Source: an uncultured Chloroflexia bacterium | Lineage (GTDB): Bacteria > Chloroflexota > Limnocylindria > Limnocylindrales > CSP1-4 | DNA length: 64,000 nt | Direction of reading: 5' to 3' | NCBI GenBank assembly: GCA_963809375.1 | Contig: CAWEJO010000002.1 | Span: forward strand, 31,072 to 95,071 | The notes under the pieces: model-generated | Told to the model about the DNA's origin: nothing | Database searches by the model: none | The model's input: the letters and a program-made list of their open reading frames with translations, nothing else | Made by a program: the position numbers and the translations under genes | In this document: in pieces, positions 39,806 to 49,858 of the stretch | Numbering within the stretch: the stretch's first letter is position 1 | How the letters are laid out: each line of letters begins with the position of its first letter

Positions 39806-41075
39806 ATGACCACCGAGCAGGCGGCGCCCGCGATCAACGCCTGGCAGGTCGCGCAGCGCCAGTTCGACCTCGCCGCGGAACGCCTCAAGCTGGATCCCGG
39901 CCTGCGGGCCGTCCTTCGCGAGCCCCGGCGCGCGTTCACCTGCACGTTCCCCGTGAAGATGGACGACGGGACCGTCCGCGTCTTCACCGGCTACCGCGTC
40001 CAGCACAACCTCGGGCGCGGCCCGGCCAAGGGCGGCATCCGCTTCCACCAGGACGTCACGCTGGACGAGGTCAAGGCCCTCGCCATGTGGATGACCTGGA
40101 AGTGCGCGGTCGTCGGCATCCCGTACGGCGGCGGCAAGGGCGGCGTGATCGTCGACCCGAAGAAGCTCTCCAAGAAGGAGCTCGAGGCGCTGACCCGCCG
40201 CTACACGACCGAGATCTGCGATCATCATCGGCCCCGAGCGCGACATCCCGGCCCCCGACGTCAACACGACGCCCCAGATCATGGCCTGGATGATGGACAC
40301 CTACTCGATGCACGCGGGCTACACGGTCCCGGGCGTCGTGACCGGCAAGCCGATCAGCCTCGGCGGGTCGGAAGGCCGCAACGAGGCGACGGCCCGCGGC
40401 TGCGTCTACACCATCGTCGACGCCGCGAAGCACCTCGGCATGGACCTCACCAAGACCACGAGTCGCCGTCCAGGGCTTCGGCAATGCCGGCGTCGATCGC
40501 CGCGACCCTCATGGTCGACGAGGGCAGCACGCGTCGTCGCCGTGAGCGACACCGGCGGCGCCATCCACAACCCGGCCGGCCTCGACATCGCGCGCGTCAT
40601 CGGCTGGAAGCAGGAGCACGGGACCGTCGTCGGCTTCCCCGGCAGCTCGACGATCACGAACGGCGAGCTCCTCGAGCTCCCGGTCGACATCCTGATCCCG
40701 GCCGCCTACGAGAACCAGATCACCGCCCGCAACGCGGACAACGTCAAGGCCAAGATCGTGGCCGAGGCGGCCAACGGCCCGACGACCCCCGAGGCGGACA
40801 GGATCCTGGCCGACAAGGGCGTCTTCATGATCCCGGACATCCTCGCGAACGCGGGCGGCGTGACCGTCAGCTACTTCGAGTGGGTCCAGGACCTGAACCG
40901 CGACCACTGGAGCGAGACGGTCGTCAACGCCAAGCTCAAGGAGATCATGGATCGCTCCTTCGGCGAGGTCCTGGCCATGGCCGAGCTCGAAGAGGTCGAC
41001 ATGCGGACGGCGGCCTACCTCGTGGCCGTCAAGCGCGTCGCGGACACGACCGCCCTCCGCGGCCTGTACCCGTAA
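39806..41075 (+). CDS. gdhA: Glu/Leu/Phe/Val dehydrogenase, probably glutamate dehydrogenase (about 4 single-base insertions)
   Basis: [60 protein letters not shown]; AGGAGG SD. Confidence 0.92.
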
Positions 41076-41189
41076 GCCTCAGCCGTGACGGCCGGCGCTC
41101 ACGCGCGCCTGCCAGCGCGGTTCGCCGCGGCGAGCGCCGCCACGTCGTGACCTGAACTTCGCGCGGCATCGCTGCCGCCGGCTGCACCG

Positions 41190-41227
41190 GCTCGAACCCC
41201 CCGATCCCAGGGTCGGGGGGTTCGAGC
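41190..41227. terminator. Strong hairpin after gdh
   Basis: GCTCGAACCCCCCGATCC-CA-GGGTCGGGGGGTTCGAGC inverted repeat. Confidence 0.6.
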
Positions 41228-41335
41228 TGTCTGCCGGGCTGCCACAGGTCCGGATCTCTCGCCGCCCGCCCGCCCGCGCTTGCGGCGGCTGAGAACGGCG
41301 TCTCCGCGATCGTGCAGCGCTGCTACCATCCCGAC

Positions 41336-41941
41336 ATGCTCGACCATGAAGAGAAGTTCCTGTTCAAGGAAGAGATCGTCCATCTCGCCACGGCGATGGG
41401 GGACTCGGCCGTCCTGGACAACGTCGAGGACCTGCTGACCGACGTCATCACGAGCCCGCGGTTCGATTCGGAGGTCTTCACGCTCGAGCGATCGCTCCAG
41501 GTGATGCTCGGCGCGCGGGCGGGGTCGACGCTGGTCGGGCTGCTCACCGTCGCGCCCGAGGTCTTCGACGAGGTCTCCGAGGTCCGCATCACGCCCGAGG
41601 TGCAGGAGCGGCTCGTCGCGTGGCGGGCCCGGTTCGGGCTCGCGATCGACAACGCCCTGAACTTCCTGAACAACCCCGACGGGATCCAGGGCCACAGCTT
41701 CGCGACCCAGATCGCGCACATCGAGGACCGCCGCGTGCTGCAGGGCCGGCTCACCCTCGTGCGCTACAACAACGAGCCGCAGTTCTTCGTGGCCGACGCG
41801 AGCGTCTTCCTCGGCCTCGTCGGCGACGTCCTCGAGCGCCTGGGACCCTACCTCGAGCCCGATGCCGTGGACGCGGAGGCGATCTCCCGCCTCAAGGAGG
41901 GGATCGCGCTCGTCGAGCGCAAGACCACGCCGCGCCACTGA
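41336..41941 (+). CDS. Hypothetical protein (helical N-domain plus beta-beta-beta-alpha C-domain)
   Basis: Strong GC3 coding bias; TACCAT-N6-ATG start. Confidence 0.8.
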   Translation: MLDHEEKFLFKEEIVHLATAMGDSAVLDNVEDLLTDVITSPRFDSEVFTLERSLQVMLGARAGSTLVGLLTVAPEVFDEVSEVRITPEVQERLVAWRARFGLAIDNALNFLNNPDGIQGHSFATQIAHIEDRRVLQGRLTLVRYNNEPQFFVADASVFLGLVGDVLERLGPYLEPDAVDAEAISRLKEGIALVERKTTPRH

Positions 41942-41972
41942 TCGCGGCGCACGCCCTCCCGGACGCCGGCCG

Positions 41973-43118
41973 ATGCGTCACCTCTACCTCGCCGCCACGG
42001 GCCAGAACCGCGGCAAGACGACCGCAGCGCTCGGCCTGATCGACGGGTTCATCCGCTCGGGACTGGTCACCGGCTTCACCAAGCCGGTCGGCCAGCACGC
42101 CACCATCGACGCCGACGGGTCGCCGTGCGACGACGACGCCGTCCTGATGCGATCGGTCTATGGCCTCGCCGAGCCCAACTCCGTGCTCAGCCCGGTGCAC
42201 ATCCCGCGGGGGTTCACCAAGTCGTACATCGCAGGCGAGGTCGTCGAGGACCTCGGTCAGCGAATCCGGGCCGCCCATCGCGTGCTCGCCAAGTCGAAGG
42301 ACCTCGTGCTGATCGAGGGCACCGGGCACGCGGGGGTCGGTGCCGTGATCGGCCTGTCGAACGCCGCCGTCGCGTCGATGCTGGGGTCGCCGGCCGTGAT
42401 CGTGAGTGAGGGCGGCGTCGGCAAGCCGATCGACGAGATCGTGCTGAATGCGGCCCTCTTCGAGCGTCACGGCGTCCACGTCGCCGGCGCGGTCGTGAAC
42501 AAGGTGGACGTCGACGCCGCGCCCGGCATGACCCGGGTCCTCGAGCGCGGCCTGGCGCCACACCGCATCCCGCTCCTGGGGGTGATCCCGTACCGGCCGA
42601 TCCTGTCCAACCCGTCGCTCGCGATGGTGGTGGAGGGGACACGCGCCGAGCTGCTCGTTCCCGGGCCCGACCTGGACCTCGTGATCGGCGGCGCCTACGT
42701 CGCCGCTTCCGAGCCCCATCACGTCCTCCAGACGGCCCGGGATCGGCGCCTGGTGATCGTGGCGGGCGACCGGGAGGACGTGATCGTCGCGCTGGCGCGC
42801 GCCCACCGCGCGGAGATGCGCCGGCCGGCGGTCCTGCGCGGCGAAGTGCAGCCGGCCATGCTCGGCTTCGTGCTCTCGGCGTACCGGGCCCGCGACGTCG
42901 TGATCGACGAGATCCGGCGAGCCGACGTGTTCGCCTGCTTCATCGAAGACGACACCTACGGCGTCGCGTCGCGCGTCCACGACCTGCTCGTGAAGACGCA
43001 CCCGTCGGACAGCGAGAAGATCGCGACGATCAAGGCGGTCGTGGGGGAGTCGCTCGACATGGTCCGCTTCCTCGACGCCGCCCGGCCCGTTCCAGCCAAG
43101 GTCCTGCGCGAGCACTGA
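41973..43118 (+). CDS. BioD-like P-loop (AAA_26) + DRTGG domain protein (Pta N-terminal region, standalone)
   Basis: ATGQNRGKTT, FTKPVGQ, LIEGTGHAGVG, VVNKVD, GDREDVI; no Pta catalytic domain. Confidence 0.85.
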   Translation: MRHLYLAATGQNRGKTTAALGLIDGFIRSGLVTGFTKPVGQHATIDADGSPCDDDAVLMRSVYGLAEPNSVLSPVHIPRGFTKSYIAGEVVEDLGQRIRAAHRVLAKSKDLVLIEGTGHAGVGAVIGLSNAAVASMLGSPAVIVSEGGVGKPIDEIVLNAALFERHGVHVAGAVVNKVDVDAAPGMTRVLERGLAPHRIPLLGVIPYRPILSNPSLAMVVEGTRAELLVPGPDLDLVIGGAYVAASEPHHVLQTARDRRLVIVAGDREDVIVALARAHRAEMRRPAVLRGEVQPAMLGFVLSAYRARDVVIDEIRRADVFACFIEDDTYGVASRVHDLLVKTHPSDSEKIATIKAVVGESLDMVRFLDAARPVPAKVLREH

Positions 43119-43190
43119 GGCCGTCGATCCGGTGGTGCGCCCGCGCACCGGGCGACCGTGGCGAGAGCCGATTGAGCCACCAGATTCCCC

Positions 43191-43236
43191 TTGACAGGCA
43201 CGCACGAACAGCTATTATCACTATCATGAATGATAA
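43191..43236 (+). promoter_or_regulatory. Leaderless promoter with overlapping operator
   Basis: TTGACA(43191)-N16-TATTAT(43213)-N7-ATG; inverted repeat TTATCA-N10-TGATAA at 43215-43236. Confidence 0.75.
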
Positions 43237-43810
43237 CGGTGAGTTCCACGCGGCAACGCCGACCAGGGGCGGCGTCGCGGATCTCATCCTGCACCCGATC
43301 CGGCTTCGGATCGTCACCTCGTTCTCGGCGGAGTCGTTGACCGCGGGCGAGCTCTCCGAGCGGCTGCCCGACGTCCCGCAGGCGACGCTCTACCGGCACC
43401 TCAACACGCTCCGGCGGGCGGGCATCCTGGCGGTCTCGGAGGAGCGCCGCGTCCGCGGCGCAACCGAGCGGCGCTACGTCCTGCACCCTGGCGCCGCGAA
43501 CCTGCAGCCCGACGACCTCGCGACCGGGACCTCCGACGACCACCTGCGGTGGTTCGCGGGCTTCGTCGCGGGGCTGCTGGGGGAGTTCGGGCGGTATGTG
43601 CGCCGTGGCCGGCCGGACCTGGTCCGGGACGGCGTCGGCTACCGGCAGGTCATCCTGAACGTGAGCGACGAAGAATTCGCCGCGATGGCGGTCGCCCTCA
43701 ACGGGGCGCTCCTGCCGTACGTGGCCAAGCAGCCCGGAGTCGGCCGGCGGCGCCGCCTCCTCGCGACCATCAGCCTGCCCGTCGATTCGGGCGAAGGGAA
43801 CGACGCGTGA
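43226..43810 (+). CDS. ArsR-like (HTH_20) transcriptional regulator
   Basis: LILHPIRLRIV, LPDVPQATLYRHLNTL, ERRVRGATERRY. Confidence 0.9.
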   Translation: MNDNGEFHAATPTRGGVADLILHPIRLRIVTSFSAESLTAGELSERLPDVPQATLYRHLNTLRRAGILAVSEERRVRGATERRYVLHPGAANLQPDDLATGTSDDHLRWFAGFVAGLLGEFGRYVRRGRPDLVRDGVGYRQVILNVSDEEFAAMAVALNGALLPYVAKQPGVGRRRRLLATISLPVDSGEGNDA

Positions 43811-44007
43811 GCACCGAGCAGATCCTCCTCCTCATCACCCCGATCATCCTCCTGCAGCTCGTGCTGCTGGGACTGGGGATCTGGGACCTCCTCAAGCCCG
43901 AGCGCCGGGTCCGGGGCGGCAGCAAGGCCCTGTGGGCGCTCGTGATCGTGTTCATCAACATCATCGGCCCCATCGTCTACTTCATGGCGGGGCGCGAAGA
44001 AGCATGA
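43807..44007 (+). CDS. PLDc_N domain small membrane protein (YxlE-like)
   Basis: DLLKPERRVRGGSKALWALVIVFINIIGPIVYF. Confidence 0.88.
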   Translation: MSTEQILLLITPIILLQLVLLGLGIWDLLKPERRVRGGSKALWALVIVFINIIGPIVYFMAGREEA

Positions 44008-44969
44008 CCGCCACGTTCGCGCCCGGTGCGATCAGCACGCACGGGCTCACCAAGCGCTACCGCCTGGACGTCGCCCTCGACAGCCTCGACCTCGAGGTTC
44101 CGGCCGGCTGCGTCTTCGGCTTCCTCGGGCCCAACGGAGCGGGCAAGACCACGACGCTGCGGCTCCTGACCGGCCTCGCCCGGCCGTCGGCCGGCAGCGC
44201 GACCGTGGCAGGCGTCGACGCGACGACGGGCGGCCGCGCCCTCGCCGAGCGGATCGGCGCGCTCGACCAGGACCCGCGCTACTACGGGTGGATGAGCGGC
44301 CGCGAGCTCCTCACGTTCGTCGGTCGGCTCCACGGCCTTGGCGGAGCCAGCCTGCGGGCGCGGGTCGACGAGGTGCTCGAGACCGTCGGCCTCGTGGACG
44401 CCGCCAAGCGACGGATCGGCGGCTACTCCGGTGGCATGCGCCAGCGCCTCGGGGTCGGACAGGCGATGCTGCCGCGGCCGTCGGTCCTGTTCCTCGACGA
44501 GCCGGTGAGCTCGCTCGATCCCGAGGGCCGGCGCGACGTGCTCGAGCTGATCGGGCGCCTGCGCGGAACCTGCACGGTGTTCATGAGCACCCACATCCTC
44601 AACGACGTGGAGCGGGTCTGCGACCGGGTCGCGATCCTCAACCACGGCCACCTGGTGACCGAGGCACCCATGGACGAACTGCTCGCGAGCCATGCCCGGC
44701 CGATCATCGAGCTCGACGCCGAGCCGGGCCAGGACGGCGCGGTCGCCGCGCTGGCGGACAGCCTGCGCGGGATGGCCTGGACGCGCGACGTCCGGGTGGA
44801 CCACGACCTGGTCCGCGTGTTCGTCGCCGATGCCGAACGGGCCGCCGCCGAGACCCTGCCGCTGGTCGCGGCGTCGGGCGTGCGGCTCGCCCGCTTCGAA
44901 CGGGTGCGGCCGACCCTCGAGGACGTCTTCCTCGCGCTCGTCGGGACGACCGGGGAGGTGCGCGCATGA
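44004..44969 (+). CDS. ABC transporter ATP-binding protein
   Basis: GPNGAGKTT, YSGGMRQR, LFLDEP, STH. Confidence 0.95.
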   Translation: MTATFAPGAISTHGLTKRYRLDVALDSLDLEVPAGCVFGFLGPNGAGKTTTLRLLTGLARPSAGSATVAGVDATTGGRALAERIGALDQDPRYYGWMSGRELLTFVGRLHGLGGASLRARVDEVLETVGLVDAAKRRIGGYSGGMRQRLGVGQAMLPRPSVLFLDEPVSSLDPEGRRDVLELIGRLRGTCTVFMSTHILNDVERVCDRVAILNHGHLVTEAPMDELLASHARPIIELDAEPGQDGAVAALADSLRGMAWTRDVRVDHDLVRVFVADAERAAAETLPLVAASGVRLARFERVRPTLEDVFLALVGTTGEVRA

Positions 44970-45742
44970 GCGCCGTGGCCAGCTTCCGGATCCTCTTCGG
45001 CAAGGAGATGCTCGAGCAGGTCCGGACCCTCCGGCTCGTCGTCGTGGTCGCGGTGCTCGCGCTGTTCGGGGCGACCTCGCCGCTGCTCGCCAAGCTCCTG
45101 CCGGACATCGTCAAGTTGGCTGGCGCGCAGGCCGGCGGCCTGACGATCACCATGCCGCCGCCCACGATGGCCGACGCGATTGCCCAGCTCGTCAAGAACG
45201 TCGGCCAGTTCGGGGCCCTGATCGCGATCCTCGTGAGCATGGGCAGCGTGGCCACCGAGAAGGACCGCGGCACTGCCGGGTTCGTGCTCACCAAGCCCAT
45301 CGGGCGCGGCTCGTTCATCGTGGCCAAGGCCACCTCGATCGCCGTCCTGCTGGGCGTCGGGCTCGCGGCAGGGTACGCCCTCGCCTGGTTCTACACGGCG
45401 CTCCTGTTCGAGGCGCCGCCGGTCGCCGGTTTCGTGGCGAGCGGCATCGCGCTGTGGATCTCGCTGCTCGTGGTCGCGGCCGTCACGTTCCTCTTCTCGG
45501 TGCTGGCGGGCTCGTCGATGGTCGCGGGCGGCGCCGGCTTCGTGGTGCTGATCGTGGCTGGCATCCTGGCGGCAATCCCGGGGGTCGGGCCCTACACGCC
45601 GACGGGCCTCTGGGTGCCCGCGACCAACCTCGCCCTGGGGGCGGATGCGGGGAACGTCGTCGGACCTCTCATCGTCAACGCCCTGATCTCGGTGGGGTGC
45701 GTGTCGCTCGCTGCGGTGGCGTTCAGGCGCCAGGAGCTGTAG
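44966..45742 (+). CDS. ABC-2 type permease (YxlG-like)
   Basis: EKDRGTAGFVLTKPIGRGSFIVAK; about 6 TM segments. Confidence 0.9.
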   Translation: MSAVASFRILFGKEMLEQVRTLRLVVVVAVLALFGATSPLLAKLLPDIVKLAGAQAGGLTITMPPPTMADAIAQLVKNVGQFGALIAILVSMGSVATEKDRGTAGFVLTKPIGRGSFIVAKATSIAVLLGVGLAAGYALAWFYTALLFEAPPVAGFVASGIALWISLLVVAAVTFLFSVLAGSSMVAGGAGFVVLIVAGILAAIPGVGPYTPTGLWVPATNLALGADAGNVVGPLIVNALISVGCVSLAAVAFRRQEL

Positions 45743-45815
45743 CGCGGCGCCAGCTACCCGCACCGCGCGGGAGCGGACCGGCGCCGCGATGGCGCGCTTT
45801 GCGCGCCAAACCGGG

Positions 45816-46847
45816 TCAGCCGGCCGGCCAGAGCGCCGAGGCCTCCGACGGGCCGGCCGCCGACGCGGCCGGCGGGCCGACGGTCGGATCGCTCGGGCCC
45901 GTCGGCCGACGGCGCCGCCGCCGCACGACCGCGACGAGCAGGAGCGGGACTGCCAGCACCAGCAGGATCGGCAGGGCCACGATCCCGAGCCAGATCCCCG
46001 TCTCGGCAACGCCCTGGCCGAGGCCGACCAGGGTCGCCACCGCGCGGTCGACGACGCCCGCGGGGTCCCAGCCCGCCTGCACCGTCGCAACCGCGACGGC
46101 CGGCGGCAGGGACCACCCGACGGTCAGGGTCGCGAGCGCGGCCTGCTTCTCCAGGGTCTGCTGCTGGGCGACGAGCCGCTCGATCTCGTCGCGCGTCGAC
46201 GTGAGCTGCACCTGCACGGAGAGGATGTCCGGGATCTTGGTCGCCTGGTCCATGATCCGCTGCAGCGCGGCCTCGGACGCCCGCAGGTTGGTGACCCGTG
46301 CGGCGAGATCGACGACCTGGGCCGTCACCTCGTCGGATGTGATCTGCTCGCCGAGGAGCTTGCTTCCGACGCCCCGGAGCGCGGCGAGGGTGGCGTCGAA
46401 CGCGGCGGCCGGGATCCGGTAGGTGATCGATGCGGTGGCGCGCTCGCCGTCGCCGGTGCGCTGGCCGGCCGCGATGTAGCCGCCCGCCGCGGTGACGATG
46501 CCCTGGGCCTTCGCGAGCGCCGCGTCGAGGTCGCCCACCTGCAGGCTGAGCGTGCCGGTGCGGATGATGAGCGGGCCTTCCGCGGCAAGCTGGCCGTCGG
46601 GCGGCTGGCCGTCCGTGGCAGGCGCGCCGTCCTTCGAGGCCCCGGACCCGCTGCCTCCCAGCCGCGACGCGTCATCCGCCGCTGCCGCGGGGCTGGCGGC
46701 GGGCATCGCGGCTGGCTCGCCTGCCTGGCTCTCGGTATCTGGCGCCGCCGTTGCGGCGCTCGAACAGCCGGCGATCAGCATCGTGATGACGACCGCCGCC
46801 GCCAGGATCCGCGCGCCCGTCCCGGCGCGCCGCGATTGCAGCTTCAT
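45816..46847 (-). CDS. DUF4349 domain lipoprotein
   Basis: Lipobox LIAG-C; IIRTGTLSLQV, DEVTAQVVDL, C-terminal TM. Confidence 0.88.
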   Translation of the reverse strand: MKLQSRRAGTGARILAAAVVITMLIAGCSSAATAAPDTESQAGEPAAMPAASPAAAADDASRLGGSGSGASKDGAPATDGQPPDGQLAAEGPLIIRTGTLSLQVGDLDAALAKAQGIVTAAGGYIAAGQRTGDGERATASITYRIPAAAFDATLAALRGVGSKLLGEQITSDEVTAQVVDLAARVTNLRASEAALQRIMDQATKIPDILSVQVQLTSTRDEIERLVAQQQTLEKQAALATLTVGWSLPPAVAVATVQAGWDPAGVVDRAVATLVGLGQGVAETGIWLGIVALPILLVLAVPLLLVAVVRRRRRRPTGPSDPTVGPPAASAAGPSEASALWPAG

Positions 46848-47049
46848 GGTTGAGTTCCCCGTCCGGCGGCGCGGCAGGCATGTGCCGCGTCCAGCCCGGG
46901 GACGCCGGGGCCGGCAGGCCGGTTCCCCAACCCGGGACGAGACGGGGCGGCCGAGGAGCCGCGTGCCGGACGATGGAGCCGAGCCGGGCGACGGCCAGCG
47001 CGCGCCGCGCGCGCCGAGCCGGGCGACGGCCCGCCCGCGCACGCCGCCG

Positions 47050-48057
47050 TCAGGCTTCGGCTTCGGCCGTCCCAGCGAGGGGGTGGAGGTGCCGGTTGAC
47101 GGAGAGCACCACCGGGGTGAAGTGGGCCGTCCAGAACCGCGAGGCCAGCACGTTCGCCGATTCGAAATCGACGCCGACGCGTGCCGCCCCGCGCTGCCGC
47201 GCCCACGCGGCCGCGGCCGCCAGGAGCGCCCGGGCGATCCCCGTGCCGCGTTGGTCGGGGACCGTGAAGGCCCGGGAGATGCTCGTCGTGGCTTCGTCGC
47301 GGACGACGTGCGCGACGTCGTCGGCCGTGCGCCCGATCCGCAGGAACGCCAGCGCGGCCCCGGCCGGGTCCTCGGCGAGCAGGGTCGCGAAGCCCTCGTC
47401 GGCAAGCGTCGCGGTCCACTCCGCAGCATCGATCGGCTCGCCGATCACGAGATAGGTCGGCGAGTCGACGAGGTGGCGCCGGAGCCCGGCCTCCAACCTG
47501 AGCACGGCGTCGAGATCGGCGGGACCGGCCCGCCGGATGACGATCGCCGGCGCCTCAACGTCCGTGGGCCCCGCGCCAGGCAGCGATCCGACCGGTGCGA
47601 GCGCGTCGACCACGGCGATCCCGAACCCGAGCCACGCGAGCGTGTCGAGGAGCGTCGCGTCGTCGGCGATCACCGAGACGAAGTGGGACCGGAGACCCTC
47701 GGCGACCCAGTCGTGCTGGGCGGCCTCGGCGAGCCCCTCGACGATCCGCCGCGCCTCCCGGGGCTCGAGGTCCGGCGCCACGCCGGCCGTGGCCTCGGGG
47801 CAGAAGACGCGCGGCAGGCCGGATCGCACCGGCCAGCCAGCGAGCACCCCGACGATGCGGCCGTCACGGACGGCGGCCCGTCCGACGCCGCGGTCCGCGA
47901 TCGAGGCGAGCACGTCGCCCCAGGTGGCCGCCGCGGCCCATTGCTCGGGCACCACCGGCACGCTCGCCCGGAGCCGGGCGGTCCGCGCCGCCGCGATCCC
48001 GGCGGCGCCGGCGATGTGCTGCGCCCCGAACGGCTCGTACGAGACGGGCGCCGCCAC
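47050..48057 (-). CDS. GNAT family N-acetyltransferase
   Basis: FTVPDQRGTGIARALL, NVLASRFW. Confidence 0.88.
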   Translation of the reverse strand: MAAPVSYEPFGAQHIAGAAGIAAARTARLRASVPVVPEQWAAAATWGDVLASIADRGVGRAAVRDGRIVGVLAGWPVRSGLPRVFCPEATAGVAPDLEPREARRIVEGLAEAAQHDWVAEGLRSHFVSVIADDATLLDTLAWLGFGIAVVDALAPVGSLPGAGPTDVEAPAIVIRRAGPADLDAVLRLEAGLRRHLVDSPTYLVIGEPIDAAEWTATLADEGFATLLAEDPAGAALAFLRIGRTADDVAHVVRDEATTSISRAFTVPDQRGTGIARALLAAAAAWARQRGAARVGVDFESANVLASRFWTAHFTPVVLSVNRHLHPLAGTAEAEA

Positions 48058-48058
48058 C

Positions 48059-48910
48059 CTAGGCCAGCCGCACGTTGTCGATCAGCCGCGTCGACCCGAC
48101 GCGGGCCGCGAGCGAGAGGAGCGCCGGCCGGTCCACCCGGGACAGCTCCGCGAGCGTCACGTCGTCGGCCAGCGAGACGTAGTCGACATCGACGCGGGGT
48201 TCGGCCGCCAGGACGCCCCGGACAACCGCCCGGATGGTGTCGGCCGAGCGCTCACCCGCGTCGTATGCAGCTCGCCCGGCGAACAGGGCACGCGACAGGA
48301 CGGCCGCCGCCACCCGGTCCTCGCCTCGGAGGTGCACGTTGCGCGACGACATCGCGAGACCGTCGGGCTCGCGCACCGTCGGACACCGGACGACCTCGGT
48401 CAGGCCGAGGTCACGGGCCATCCGCTCGACGATCCGCACCTGCTGGGCATCCTTCTCGCCGAAGTACGCCCGGTCGGGCCGGATCACGCCGAACAGCACG
48501 GCGACGACGGTGGTCACGCCGTCGAAATGTCCCGGCCGTGCGGCGCCCTCCAGGGGGGCCGCCAGGTCGCCGACCCGCACCGTCGTCTCGAACCCCACCG
48601 GGTAGACGTCGTCGACCGACGGCGTCCAGACGAGGTCGGCGCCGGCCGCGGCGCTGGCCGCGACGTCGCGGGCCTCGTTGCGGGGATAGGCCGCGAGGTC
48701 GGCGGGCCGGTTGAACTGGCGGGGGTTGACGAAGATGGAGACGGCGACGCTGGCGCACTCGGCCCGCGCCCGCTCGATCAGCGAGACGTGGCCGCGGTGC
48801 AGCCACCCCATCGTCGGGACCAGGCCGAGCGGCCGGGGCATGCCGGCCAGCACGGCACGAAGCTCCGCCCGCGTCCGGACCACGACCGGCGCGCCGGAGG
48901 CTGCCTCCAC
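48059..48910 (-). CDS. panC: Pantoate--beta-alanine ligase
   Basis: VPTMGWLHRGH, SIFVNPRQF, RPGHFDGV, FGEKDAQQ, GLAMSSRN, RLIDN. Confidence 0.96.
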   Translation of the reverse strand: MEAASGAPVVVRTRAELRAVLAGMPRPLGLVPTMGWLHRGHVSLIERARAECASVAVSIFVNPRQFNRPADLAAYPRNEARDVAASAAAGADLVWTPSVDDVYPVGFETTVRVGDLAAPLEGAARPGHFDGVTTVVAVLFGVIRPDRAYFGEKDAQQVRIVERMARDLGLTEVVRCPTVREPDGLAMSSRNVHLRGEDRVAAAVLSRALFAGRAAYDAGERSADTIRAVVRGVLAAEPRVDVDYVSLADDVTLAELSRVDRPALLSLAARVGSTRLIDNVRLA

Positions 48911-48918
48911 GGCGTCGA

Positions 48919-49833
48919 TCAGAGGTCGCGGTCGAGCGGGATGCCCGTCTCGATGGGGATGGCGCCCGTGCTCCGGTCGTCCCGGGCCCGGCCAAGGACC
49001 TCGTCGAGGATGGCATCGTCCATGCGCGTCGACTGGGCCTCGCCGGGGAACGTGCCGGCAGCGACGTCGTCGCGGTACGCCGCCGTCGCCGCCAGGATCG
49101 TCTCGCGCAGGTTCGCGTATCGCTTCGCATGGCGCGGCAGCCACTCGCCGACCCCCAGGAAGTCGGTGATGACCTGGACCTGCCCGGAGCAGCCGGCCCC
49201 TGCCCCGATGCCGATCGTCGGGATCCGCAGGCGCGCGGTGATCGCCGCGGCGAGCTGCTCCGGCACGAGCTCGATGACGAGCGCGAACGCGCCGGCCTCC
49301 TGGACCGCGAGGGCGTCGTGGAGCAGCGCCCGCGCCGCGTCGCGGCTCTTGCCCTGGACCCGGTGTTTGCCGAGCGCGTTGATCGCCTGGGGCGTGAGGC
49401 CGATATGGCCCATCACCGGGATGCCAGCCCGGACCAGCGCCTCGATCGCGCGGGCGGTCCGGACGCCGCCCTCCACCTTGACGGCCTGGGTGCCGGCTTC
49501 GCGCAGGAAGCGGCCGGCGTTCGCGATGGCATCCTCGGGGGTGGAGTAGGACAGGAACGGCATGTCCGCGACGACGAGCGCCCGCTGCGCGCCCCGCACG
49601 ACGGCCTTGGAGTGATGGAGCATCTCGTCCATCGTGACCCGCACGGTGCTCTCGTAGCCGAGGAGCACCTGGCCGAGCGAATCGCCGACCAGCAGCATCG
49701 GGATGCCGGCCTCGTCGAGCAGCTTCGCGGTCGGGAAGTCGTATGCCGTGAGCATGGCGATGCGTTCGCCGTCGGCGTGCATGCGGGCGATGTCGAGGAC
49801 GGTGATTCGGGCTGCGGCGGACGGAGCGCTCAC
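48919..49833 (-). CDS. panB: 3-methyl-2-oxobutanoate hydroxymethyltransferase
   Basis: LTAYDF, LLVGDSLG, DMPF, VKVEGG, GHIGLTPQ, GIGAG. Confidence 0.96.
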   Translation of the reverse strand: MSAPSAAARITVLDIARMHADGERIAMLTAYDFPTAKLLDEAGIPMLLVGDSLGQVLLGYESTVRVTMDEMLHHSKAVVRGAQRALVVADMPFLSYSTPEDAIANAGRFLREAGTQAVKVEGGVRTARAIEALVRAGIPVMGHIGLTPQAINALGKHRVQGKSRDAARALLHDALAVQEAGAFALVIELVPEQLAAAITARLRIPTIGIGAGAGCSGQVQVITDFLGVGEWLPRHAKRYANLRETILAATAAYRDDVAAGTFPGEAQSTRMDDAILDEVLGRARDDRSTGAIPIETGIPLDRDL

Positions 49834-49858
49834 GGGTTGCTGGTCTCCTGCGGGAGCG

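Noticed and set aside
41190-41227. GGTTCGAG suggesting a tRNA T-arm or att site
   Set aside because: It is one arm of a simple inverted repeat; no cloverleaf or CCA
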